From contig CM102286.1 in the NCBI GenBank assembly GCA_046563655.1, positions 12,896,001-12,960,000 of the forward strand: a DNA stretch of 64,000 nt, in the 5' to 3' direction. A program made the position numbers and the translations under genes. Source of the stretch: Yuukianura sp. NJ FZ-2021. Its lineage: Eukaryota. The notes beneath the pieces are model-generated. The model was given only the letters and a program-made list of their open reading frames with translations, did no database searches and was not told where the DNA came from. Shown here in pieces: positions 1-12,600 of the stretch (position 1 is its first letter; each line of letters begins with the position of its first letter).

Positions 1-541
1 TCCCTTTCAGTCATTGGAGGAAGAAGGGAAAGCCTTAAGCGGATCCATGGACGTGAATTATAACATTTAACTTTTGTCGTCAACTTTTCCTTTTTGGAGT
101 TTGGCGGGAAAGTGACTTGCGCTTAAAAACTTGGGCAGAAAGACTAGTTACTTCTGGCTCCGTTTTTACTTTTGGGACTGGTGGGTTCAGAGCATATATT
201 GAGATTGTTATAATATTTCACATTTAAAAAGTTTTCGCGCCCATCCTGCCAGAACTGTCAGTCGACAAATAACTCAAGTCACGGATTTTTAGGTCTTTTC
301 TTTCTACTTTTAGTCCTTTGGCTCCTAAGCATTTATTAAGTTCAAGTCTCAACTACACTTTTCATGGCTAATGACCTCTTGGCGTCAAGAGAACAGTGTG
401 AGGCTTTCAAGGACTTTAAAAAAAAGTATCAACTTTTTCAAAAATTTTAAATGTACTTTTGTGACTTGTGTAGAATGTGTAGAGACGGACCAGTATCTGG
501 AGATTTATCGTGTGTTTTCCAAATGGAAGAATAAAACTTAC

Positions 542-608
542 CAACGACGTTGAGGTTAACGTAGAAACTACGGTGCGGTTGTGTACTGATTTGACATTCG
601 TAGATTCC
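542..608 (-). CDS. dpr6: dpr exon: end of Ig1 (GIYECQISTQPHRSFYVNLNVV)
   Basis: Acceptor ...ttgCAG at 611-609 and donor GTAAG at 541-537; 67 nt, enters phase 0 and exits phase 1; carries the YEC cysteine. Not in the ORF track. Confidence 0.95.
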
Positions 609-3600
609 CTGCAAAGTATAATTTTAAATTTAAAGTTAATCTCGATAGTGCTAATCAGTTAACTTTCAAATGCAATCACTATAGCGCTAGATTGGAATCG
701 ATATGTGGCATAGCATAATTTACATTTAAGTAAACGATGCTTTAAGAAAGTACTTACGGCGTCACGCTTCTGTGTATATTTGATCTGAAGCGTCCATTCC
801 TCTGTTGCTCTTTGGTGATTGGCTTGAAATCGTTGGTCACTCGTGTATGTGTATGTACCCACCGTTAGGATATGAATATCCCTATGACGCACCCACGACA
901 CCTATAATTAAACAAAACAAATTAATTAATAATTAATTAAATATTAATAAACTTTAAATTAAGAGAAAGGCTGCTTGCCAAATTCAAAGCGCAGAATGAT
1001 TTGCCCAAATAGTAAATTGTACCAAAAAGTTGTGCAGCGTTACTGCAAGTAATTCACACTTCGGCGTAAAAGTTGTGCATACAAATATTTTCACGCCAAC
1101 AAAATTTAGCAATCGTTGTGGTGATATGCACCAAACGTGATTTGTATTCCATTTGATCGTGCATTTTATGAAACTGTTTTAACACAGTTGTTATAGCAAT
1201 CTGCACATTTTTGTGGATGCGCTAATTGTCTGCACCTTTTTTAACGGCATTCATTTTGAGTTGGCAGTTTTGCTTGAGGACGAAGCGTTCTTCAACGAAA
1301 ATGTACAACCGGCAAAGTAAATTGGTGTGTTGCATTTGCTTGCTCAGGAGGCCATTCAAGATTTTGTTGTGCACAACTATGATATGCACAATTGTGCATA
1401 CTGAGAAAACAGAATACCTCCGGAGTTTTGAATTCATGACGTTTGAACCTTGAACTTTTGAACACTGAAGCGTTCTCTATTCGTGGGAGGCAAAATAAAT
1501 TTTTAGTAAGAACCGCTAGCAACATTGTAAAAATGTGTTTGTATGCGTTTTTCCCCCGGATTTTTGTTCCGGATATAAATCCGGATTTTTGACGGATTCG
1601 GATTCTTACAAAACCGGATTTGAAAAAAAACAAACAATGAAATCCGAATTGGACGGATTTTTTTGTCCCAAATTGACGTCGAAAACCGAAAATCTGAGTA
1701 CAAATAAAAAATCTTTTTGAACCTTTTTTTTTTTGAAATTTTGTGCAAGCGGTTTTGCTGTTACCACTGCTTTTCAGGTAAGCTGAATTGGCTTGAAAAT
1801 CTGTGGCTAAAGGTAGCATTCCTGCGGCCCGTTATCAATAATTTTTTTTGGTACTTGATTATAACACCAGTCGTTCATAATTTTGAAAAACTAAAGAAAA
1901 ATTCGTAAGGGAAATCCTACGTATTCTGAACTCCGGATTTGAATCCGGATTTTTTCATGAAAATCCGTCAAAATCTGAAATCCGGATTTTTCCAAAGCGG
2001 CGATGGATTTCCACCCCTATATGGAACAAAAACGGTTCTTTTGTTTCCATAGCGGTTTTTACAACATATGAAAGTTCGAGAATAGAATACGACTACAGTC
2101 GTAATTTGGGTTCAACAGCAGGTTTTCCTGTTGACATAAAAATATTAGTTTCAAAAAACCTGTGTTCATTTTGAACGGTTTTCAAGAAACCGGTTTTGTG
2201 GAATCCGTGTGGGTTATCACATCGGTTTTTTCTTTCCCTTTTTCTTCCAAAAACAGAACTTGAACGTGTATGATTTTGAATGATGCACATTTCCAACTGA
2301 ATTGATTACAAGTTACTGATTTCGATTGCAATGTGGTTTTTGTTCATGCACAAGAAAGATATAAAAATTGTGCACTTAAGCTCAACCAGTGCACAAATGG
2401 TTATGTTCTCAAATTCTATGCACCAAAGGCATGCAAACATGTGCATTGTCTTCTCCACAGAATCAGTCGATAATCTCAATTACTTCGTGTTTTGTGCATT
2501 GTGCACATTTGTTCTGTTTAGTTCTGATCCAGCAGGCAACATTTTTGTATTATACTTTACCGTAATTTTTTTACTTTCGTTCTTCGGATTATCGTCCCCC
2601 AAAAAATAGCTCTAAGAAAATTTCAAAAAACGAAATCAAAAATTTTGTTCTAAACTAATTTACAAGATGCACAATATTACACAAGCATCTACCATCTACC
2701 AGATTCTTGATATGCAACTACCAAACAGTTGTGCACTTCAAAAAATTCAAACCAAACCAGTTTCGTTTCATTTTTTTTTTAGAAATGGAGACTTGCGACT
2801 TGCTTTGCTTCAAAAGCATGTCGAATTTTCTCATTGACCACGCGGAAGCATCCCCGCATTGGGAAACTCGACGTAATTTTTAATGCTCAATTCAATAGTT
2901 CTTTTAACGAGGAACGCCCTTTTGCAGCGTTAATTTTTCATTTTTGCGAAGAATGGTTCAGCTTCATGTTGTAATTATTTTGAAGACGTCCTCTGGGAAC
3001 TCACCTCTCATCATCATCATGTTCCACTCTCAGGGAATTGCAAAAGTGCTTTCTACCTCTCACCCACCTTTTGCAAGAAGATGCCTTTTAATTAGCCATT
3101 TTATGCTATAGAACTTCCACTCACCTTGAATAATTCAATGAATTCATTGAATTAACTCTAGACTCTACTCAAGAGCATCCTAACTCAAGAAGGAGTTGAG
3201 AGTACCACTTAAACGCTCTGTTCTTCCTCCAACTTCGCAATGAATACAAGATTTATTCATTCTTATTAATATTCTCAACCTCTAGGGAACACCGGTTTAA
3301 ACTCCCGCAATTTTACAATGGAAATTAAACATGCTAATCAACTGCCTCACACCTTGAACTGCCACTCCGGAGGCCAAGGGCAGAGGACGCGTGTAGTCAG
3401 GTTAATTCCAAAGTTGGGTTAACCTAGCATAACATTGCTTAGGGTTACAATTTTGTATGAGAATCTACATGCTAAAGACTTTCAAAATAGATAGGTTCCC
3501 ATTGACATCGTATGTTATGTTAGGTTAGTTAAACAAAATTGTGCTGTGTTAGGTTGAACTGAATAGAGTTTCAGGTTTGACGTAGGGTTAGCTTGGGCCT

Positions 3601-6600
3601 TAAGTTTAAGGTTGCATGGCTCTGAGCAATCCTTTTCGCAGTACTAAACCTACTGTGTCGAAATTATATTTCAGTGGTAAGGTGACTAAAGACTAATTTT
3701 AGTATAGTCGTTAGCATCACCGTCACCTTGCGAAAATTAGCACATTAGGCGCCGTGACGAACCCATTTGAAATTTTGGACTAAGGATTCTGAAATTATGA
3801 AAAGTGACGAAAGTGTGACACTTTATGAGAACTACCACGAGAATTCAAGCTAAATGACACAGAACGGAATATAGTCTTCTTCCAAGGAAAGTCAATTAGT
3901 AGAATGACTAATACTAAAGAATCAAATGACTACCCCCAAAGGGACCCCCTTTGTCTTATGAGAACTTTTGTTAAAACGAATATAAAAAGAATCTCTAAAA
4001 CTTTTTTTACTTTACTTTTTTATTATAATAATAATTCAGTTGACAGCTGGAATGCTCAGCTCACTCTCGAAAAAACGAAAATGACAAGAGAAAGTTGAAT
4101 TACTTTTTTCTCTTTTCCAAACTGCAATTTTTTTTAGAACAAAAATGTAGATGAAAATGGCACATTTTCTTACGTTAGACTTGGAAACGGTTCGAATGTC
4201 ATTTCATTCAAGAAAGAAGAAAGTTGCGACTGAATAAAATATTTTTGCTTTTAACTGGCCTATTCTAAAAGTATACAGTGAAAGTTTTTGATTTTTCTAA
4301 ACTTAGGAATGCTTATAAAAATGGGATTCTACAAGAGCGACGTACATTTTCATCAGATTCGAGTTCTTCACTTTTCAAAAGTCTATAAAGAGAAAATAAT
4401 GGAAATGGAGTAAGACGTGCGTGAATTTTCACTTTTTTACAAAAACTAAAAAAGTTTATTTTAGAATGCGACGACGACTTTCACTTTGCGTCTCAACTGC
4501 TTAAGTAACAGTAACCTACTTTTCGTTTTGCAAATATTTATATCAAAATTCTATTTCCAATTCACCCTTCGGAGTTTTCTTATTTCAACCAAAAAATTTT
4601 CTCGACTTTTTTTTTGTAGCCTAGAAATTTAGTATTCCAACATAAGCTGTATCCTGTGTGCAAATTTTCTTTTCTTAAAAAGAACCTTCCTCATTGTCAT
4701 GAAATATTTCAAATCTAAAAAAAATGAAAAGAAAACAAATTGAAATTATGATTCAATCTTTAATTTTGATTTGCTAATGAGCCTTTTGTACTTCAACAAT
4801 TTTTTTGCTAAGTTTAGTTTAAAAATTTTGCATTTAGGTGTGACGTTTTAATTGATTAGCAGAATCAATTTCCATTATAAAGGTTAGGTAAGGTTTCATT
4901 AAGTAGATGAATTTCATTACTTCCAGCTGCTTTCACTTTACGTGAGAACCAATGAATCTTGTGAAGGATGAATGGGAATTCATTCACCTTGAAGTAGCAC
5001 TTTTCACATTACGTTTGCAAAGTGAAAGTTAGACTAGACAAGGTTAGGCCACTGCTAGAAAAAAAGTCTGATCGAAATCTATAGATGTTAGACTCCATTC
5101 AATTGGTTGGGGAAAAAAATTTCATGAGTGCATATTAATGTCAAATAAAATTGGAAAAAAGACTCTGCGTCCTAGGGAATATTTATTCTCTGGCGCCTCT
5201 TCCCTGATCTCAATAGCCTCCACTTTCTCCAATCACCTTTTCCCGCCTTTTTCAAAGGTGGAATACCCTCTTAGCGTAACGAAAAGAAGAAAAGACATGC
5301 AAAGCAGGAGAGCCTGAAGAATAGAAAGTCAGGTAAAGCTTTTCTAGTTCTTAAGATCCGTTTTCCTTTATGGAACCAATTCATGCTCCACCTCCTGTTC
5401 CACAAGATAAGCACCTTTCTCCGCTCTTTTTTTTTTTAGAAAAGCGGGTTTTCAAAACCCATTTTTTGTAAAAACTAAAAAAAAAAGCACCATGCACTTT
5501 CAAAAGAGGTGAAAGGGGATGACTACTCCTCTGATTTATGCGGAAAAACGGTTATGACAAAATGGGCTTCAGCGGAAAGGAAAAGAAGTCTCCAGAGAAC
5601 ATTAAAAATCGAGTTAATGTTGATTGATACGATGAGTTATGAGCATGAATATTCCACGCTAACGTGTGGCACACCCACTCTTGATATATTTGCGTAATAT
5701 GCGTAATTCACCTACGCAGAAGCGTCTTGCATGAACCTTTGTAATTATTAGCTTTGAGTCACAAAGTGAAAGTTCGGGGTACTCAAACAGTTCCATTAGT
5801 AAATTAACTTGGAATGATGAGGGGCGTGGGAGGGATTGAATTTTGGGGAGAAAGCGATTGGTTTCTAAAACTTCTTTTGCCATCGGCATATGAACGCTTG
5901 TAGGCAAGCTTTGGAATTTAATAATCCAGTAACGTTTGAACAACTTTTGAACAAGATTCTCCCTTTTCACCTTTTCCAGCGAAAACCTTGCTGCCCATCA
6001 CTGAAAACCACTTTAATTAATTGGAAAAGCTTTGGTTTTAAACTTAAATCAAAAGCAGAAGGTGTGAAAATCCAGTTCCAAAAGTGTGAAAACTAATCCA
6101 AAAAGACAAACCCCGCGTCTGGACGGAATGCTTTGAAGTATAGCGAGAAAGCAACTCCAGTTTGACACTAAATGATTCTTACAAATCAAATGAAGGATGC
6201 AACAGCGTTGCAAATTAGGAGATGTCACAGTCACTTTGCAAAAAACTACGCGAGACGGAGATTTTTTGGACGTAACTGTCGTTTTTTGCAGCGTGCGCAA
6301 CACATTTCGTAAAAGTGAGGAAATGTTTGAAGGGTAAAAGCGAGGAAGTCCAGTACATCAAGATCCTTGTGGAAGTTTAGGTTTTATTCGTTGGGTGAAA
6401 ACCGAAATGTGTAGAGACAACCTGGACTTACAGAAGTGAAAGTCATGGGTGAATGCATTTCGGAAATGGCACTTTCAACTTTCCAAAAAAAAACTTCATG
6501 TGCTGAGTCCGACTTAAGAAACGATGTCCAGCTTTGAAATTCTTTCAAGACGAAAAGAAAACATGCTGCAAAGCTTAGGATTTTGTTGTGCTAAAGGCTA

Positions 6601-9600
6601 CTCAAGTATTCTTGGTGAGTGTTTTTGGAGTTACATGTGTACAAACACCGAAGCGTCAACACACTTTCCCGCTCCCGCGTCCAATTTTGAACCAAATTCC
6701 TTTTGAAATTGGAGCAAAACTTTAGTGTCTTTCTAGAAAAAGGAAAATCAAGTTGACTCATTGTGATGCAATTTGATTAACTGCGCTTCACAAACTTCAG
6801 AAGATGTCTAAAAAGGAATTCCTGATTTTCCCTAACTTCATTTCCTCTAATCACCACCAGCAGCAGCCTCCTTCATCTTCTGCAGCGCTTTTTCTTCACC
6901 GCTACTGCTCGCGCTTACTTCGCTGCCTTCGCTACTTTTGCTAATGGAACTCCAGTCTTCTTCTTCGTCTTTCTCAGCAATCAGTTCCATAAACTCATTA
7001 CGCGTAGTGGGTCAATAAAGTTTGAGCGGCGGTAGTAGCAGTGGTGGCATTTACTTTCGAAAAATTTCAAAGAAAAAATTCCACAATGAAAAGTTTTTGC
7101 AAAAATTTTAGTTTTGCGAAAGAAATTTCAAAAGAAAAGGAAAGAAGTGTTATTGGCCTAACGCAGGTTTTGGAAAGTTAAAAACGCCGCTGTTTTTGAA
7201 ACTCTCGAGGTCAACCAAGGTTTTTTTACTTTAATTTTCTTTAACAGGTTGGGTAATACCTCATGTTTTTTGATTTTGCAAAAAAAATTGTCTTTTCATT
7301 TCAGGGCATCGTGGTCAGGACAATACAGCCATTTTTTTAAATTTTGCATAGAAATTGGTAACGATTTTTTAGATTGGTACTAAATTGGTACTAATTTTGA
7401 TTTGGTTTTTTAGTCAACGAGCAAGGTAGTACCCAACCTGTTAAAGAAAATTAATTTTTCGTTGTCAAAGAACCTTGAGGTCAACTTTCATAAGTCTCTC
7501 GTGTCTGGAAGTTGTGCGTGAGTGCGTCTCCTTCGTCTGGCCATGCGCAGTCTGAAAATTAAGTCCAAGTTTTCCAGATCATGGATAAATTCAGTCATGA
7601 AATAGAAAGGACGAAACGTGCTGTCAGCAGACTGGTGCCAACCTCTGTCAGGAATGATGAAAGTGCCTGGCAAATCTCCAAAGCCAACTTTCACCCCGTG
7701 AGTCTCCGTGACTGTTTTTTCTACATTTTTGCTAATAATGCTATATGTGCTGCATCATCTGATGACAACTGCTTTCTACAAGAAAAAATTTCGCCGAAAT
7801 TTTTTGAAAAGAGTCGAATTTGAAAAATCCTTCTTCCACAATTCGCTTCCTACTTGGAATTTTTGTGTCCGAAAGTCGAGCTCGGTCGACAGTAGTTCAT
7901 TGATGTGCCAAAAAGTTAGGTCTGAGGGAACTGCTAAACCTCGGATTTAAGATGAACTCTCCGATGAAGAAAAAAAAGTTTCTTATACAGTTCCCAATCG
8001 GAGATTGACTCGATTCTGGTTGGCTGGCTGCTTGGAATTTGTTTCACTTCGAACTGGAAACTACGCCAAACGGAGATGGGTGGAAAGACGAAGATAAGCG
8101 TGAAAGTGTTTCCTCGTCAATGTCAACAGAAAAAAGTAGAGCGCAGTTTTCTCACTCAACCGCCAAAACTTCATTTCAATATCTTCACTTTCACTTTCAA
8201 TTTCCCCAGCCGCAAGAAATTATTACTTATGCATCGCTTCAAACATTTTCTTCAAGCATTGAAGCACTGAAAAAAGTCCCAGAAGAAAACAGATCAGGCA
8301 TGGAACAATTTTTTGGCATGAGCAAGTCAGTCAAATTTGTCACAAATCGAGCTAGCAGAGTAGCAGGTGCTGGTAGCTTATGACAATATAAGTCCCCCGG
8401 GAGAAAAAAAGTGAATGACTGCACTTTTTCAAAAAAAAAAAGTTTCAAATTTTTAAAAGTTGCCGCTTGTCTCGTGAGTCTAAACAGAATCGGTTTTTGA
8501 AAAAGCAGATCAGCGTCTTCAAAGAGCCTCTTTATCATCAGTGCCCAAACCAGATGTGCTGGATTTGTCTAATCTTTTGAAAGTGTTGAACTTTCTCTCC
8601 TCATGATGACAGTTTCCAACACGAAACTCTGTCGCTGATCTTTACCAAACCACATCATAAGACCATCACTTTCGTAACTTTTGGAGGGAGTAACTATGGA
8701 GCTCTCCGTGTTCCATTACAATACGTGCCAGGAAGTAAAGTGACACACACTATAGTGTGTGACTTATATTTCAAATTTAGTAGAGCTGAAAAAGCCACAG
8801 AGTAAAGTTATAAGTGGAGCTGAAATTATAATATCGACTTTTCCTGCCTTTTCGCCTTTCGCGCCACTCAACGAATTCCTTTGGATTTTGCCGGGAAGTC
8901 AGAGAAAGTTAGTTCTTCGCTACCAAAACTTTCTCAAATTCACTCAATATAGTAACTGCATGGTTTGGCACAGGGAATGCAAATGGAGGCCTCCAACCTC
9001 TGTTTACTTTAGGAATGGCGGTTTTTGTTGCCGCTTCGTTTTGAATTCAAAGCCTCTTTGACTACTAACCAGAAAAAATCTAAATCTAGGCACATACAGT
9101 ACCGTCACTTGAAAAAACTTACCGTCCGATTCCCGAGGCTTCTGACTCTGCAAACAAGGAATGCCGTTTTCCCAACCAGGGCCGTCACGTTCCTTGGAAT
9201 TGTGGCATCAAAGAAGGGCTCTCCAGGTGAAATTGGAGAAAACGGACCTGAATTGAGGGAAGTGAAGATGGCGTAGGTTGACTCTGTGGCTTCCAGTGTA
9301 GATTCGTTGGGAGAAACAGAATCTGAAATTTCAAAAAAATTATTGTACAGAAAAAATTTCAGTTTTTTAACTTTAAGACGAAAACAAACATTAGCTACCT
9401 AATTCATTTTAGAACTATTAGACAAATGAATGAAGAAGGGGAGGATGAGTAAAGAGCCTGGAGCGAAAAGTTTTAAAAACTTTCACTTTGAACAAAGTTT
9501 CCTGTTTTTGAACCTGTTTTAAAACTGAGTGCCAAAACTTTGAATTAGTTTTAACGGAAATAGCGGCGGATTGCACTTTAGTATACACAGAGCTGTATTA

Positions 9601-12600
9601 AATTAGTAAGTTTTTAAACAAAAGGCAAAACAGCCCTAAGGGGTGCTTTGAAAAGTGCGTTTAGACAAAAGCAATTCCATCTCCCTTATGCCTCTTATGG
9701 TTTGAAAGTGATTCAAAAGTTTGTAAAATCTAACGACAAATTCTCCCGCACTCGGAACCTTGATTTGAAAAATGGAGCTTCAAGGCTTTTTTGAAGGTCG
9801 CATCACATTACATATTCTATTAAACCTTTTAAAAATTTAGAATCCTCTTGTGCTGAAAAATAAAAGCTTGGGAATGTGAAACCGCCGAAAAGCGAAGTTT
9901 TCTAACTTTTTAGAAAACGCTTTCAGGTCACGGCAGTTGTTTTTCTTTTATATAGAGATTGCAAAAAGAAAAAAAAAATAGCGGAGCTTTCACTACTGCT
10001 GTGGTGGCAGCGGTTGCGTTCACTTTGGGTGAAATATCTTTTTCCAAATCGCTATCAAAATTCAAAAGTCGTTCTTCTCCCGCGCGTTCCCTTGACTTAA
10101 ATCCGTATGCCCTCCCGTCTGGCATGATTGTATTGTATTTCTTTGGATTTACTAGCCCTCCGTGTTCCTTCACAGAAACCGAAAAAGCACAACCAAAGAT
10201 CATGGCTTACATAGAAAACTTGAGTCCTTCGGTTCGTTTTCTACCCCAGGAAATGCCATTTGCCCCATATCTTCAAAAAATCCGCTAACTTCAAACTATT
10301 TCCTTCCCTAATACTTCTGTAGCTACGCGTCTGTTCTTGTTCATTGGTTTTGCAAAAAGAAAACTTGGGTTCTAGAAACAAAAACAGCCTTCGCTACATT
10401 TTCTAAGTAACAAATTTTAGATTTTGGAAAACACAAGTTAGGACTAGCAGACGTCTGTCGAGGGATTTGGTTCTGAGACTGTTGAAAAACCAATGTAAAT
10501 TTCAATTTCAACTTAAACCTTTAGCTACTACTGCTACTTTTTGAAAATACGAAAAACTTTTGGCAGAAAATAGGAACTTGGAGTTGCATTTCAAATAAAT
10601 TGGTTTAGTAAAGCAAAGACGAGAAGCTCAAAGTAGAACACTAGACCACCATAAAGAGTGGGATTTTTTGAAAAAAGAAAAGAAAATGTATGTGTTTGTA
10701 CCATATACGGTTGGGAGTTGGTACGTTGGGCTGACATTTTAATCTTGTCATATCATTTGAATCTTCCACCACTGCAGGGCTTTGGATAACCCGCAGTAGT
10801 GAACACATATGACTCCACAACGAAAATGAAACGAGTATACAAAACCACAGTTTCCTATGATTTTTTTTAGTTTGACTGCCATTTGGTATGCTAGTCGACG
10901 GCGGGAGAAAGTTGAATGGCGTGTTTTGAGAAAATTGGTTTGCAAAAGTCGCTACTTTCAACTCGAAAATTAGAACCCCCTTGGACCCTCATGTTTTGGA
11001 AAACAAATTTCCTCATCTTGTTAACAATTTTGCAAAAAAAAAAAGTTGAAAATAAAATTTGCACAAGGAGGTTACAAAAATACGACCAAACTCATTTCTC
11101 TCGCGAAATAGTACGCGCTAAATTAATATAATCCAAAAAAAATATGAAAAGTGACCAATTTTTTGTATTTCTTTTCCATTTTTTTTGTCGAATATCATGT
11201 AGATGACATTAAAGTAATATGCAAAAAATATTAATATATTAATTAAAGAACTCATCTAGAGGAAACTTTTCAACTGAGATTTTGATAAAAAGAATTCAGC
11301 CCAAACTTTCCTTGCGCGTGTGCTGCGTGTTTTTATTGAAATAAAATGTAAAAGTATGCTGCTTTCCTATGTCTAATTTTCTTTTTATGAATCTGCGGGA
11401 GAAAACCTCAAAAGATTTGTGTGAAGAATCCTTTTGTTGTAAATGTCTAATACATGACTTCCTGCTCTTTCGTTTTCAACAAGAAAAAAATATATCTTAG
11501 GTTCTTATATCTCATTAAGCTTCACTCTCTGTCCCTTAGTCTCTAGCATTGTCTCCAAATTCAAAGACCCATTTTTCAGAAAATGGAGAAAGCACTTTCT
11601 AGAATAAGAAATTTAGAAGAGAGCGGGCTTCTTTTTTAAGAAGTTGAAAGAAAATATCAGCGAGTTGTGTATTAAATGAATGAGAAACTTAGAAAGTCTT
11701 ACTCATTGTCAAAAACTTTTGACTTCCTTTTTTTACTTTTCTAAACAAAAGGGTTTTTTTTCTAAAACATGATTTCTTGAGACAAAAATATTACTCAAAA
11801 GTCATGTTTATTTCTTTGTTGAAAAATTATGGCTTTATTTTCTAATTAAGTTGAAAAATTGTAAGTTCCGACTCGAATCCAAAGTTTATGACTCCTATGC
11901 TAAACAGGGGAGCGAATTTTTGAAAAATAGAAAATCCGGTGAGTTTTTCGTTTCCAATTTTCTTTCCTTTGCTTCCCCAATTTCATATTTTCATTTGTCT
12001 ATAGAAATATTAAATTTGAGAGAAAGGAAAAAGAGTGAAAAACATCTCAACTTTTTTCATTAAAATTTGGAAGCACTACGAATATAAGAGTACTTTTGAC
12101 AAGGTTTTTATTTCAAAGGAAAACGAGAATCATTCGACCCAAATACAATGTAGGGAGAAGTTTTTATTTGATTTTGAAAAGCACTCGCTTTTTACCTTTG
12201 AAAGCAAAAAAAAAGTTGTGAGTGAAAATTATTAACACAACAGCGCATGACGTCCAACTCAAACAGAAAATTCGTCAGAAATTCAATTTGTAATTCTAGT
12301 TCATTTCTTTCATCTTTTAATTTAGAAAACAGATTTAAAAAAACTTTGAATTAGTGCTCAAATTGTAAAGTTGCAAAAAATTTATCCAGCCTTATTTGTT
12401 TTGATGATCATCGTAGCACACATTTTTGGCATTTTGGGCAGATGTGACTGGCGACATCAAAAACAACTTTAAAAAAAGAAATTGGCAGAAATGACTTCAG
12501 TTTGGACAAAAAACAAAGTGTTTGGACTTTCTGTTTCATTCATTACGGTAGCCAATCATTTCCTAGATTGCAGTTTCAACTCAGCATATAAACTTCTATT

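Noticed and set aside
659..757. C-terminal part of ORF 659..901
   Set aside because: Intron read-through past the GTAAGT donor at 757; the Ig domain continues in exon 542-608.
1771..1782. TTTTCAG|GTAAG acceptor-donor juxtaposition on the plus strand
   Set aside because: It is antisense to dpr, has a short pyrimidine tract and lies inside a repeat; no plus-strand host transcript is evident.
1292..1819. 175-aa minus-strand ORF
   Set aside because: Runs through CCGGAT-rich repeat sequence and poly-A/T runs; no domain similarity.
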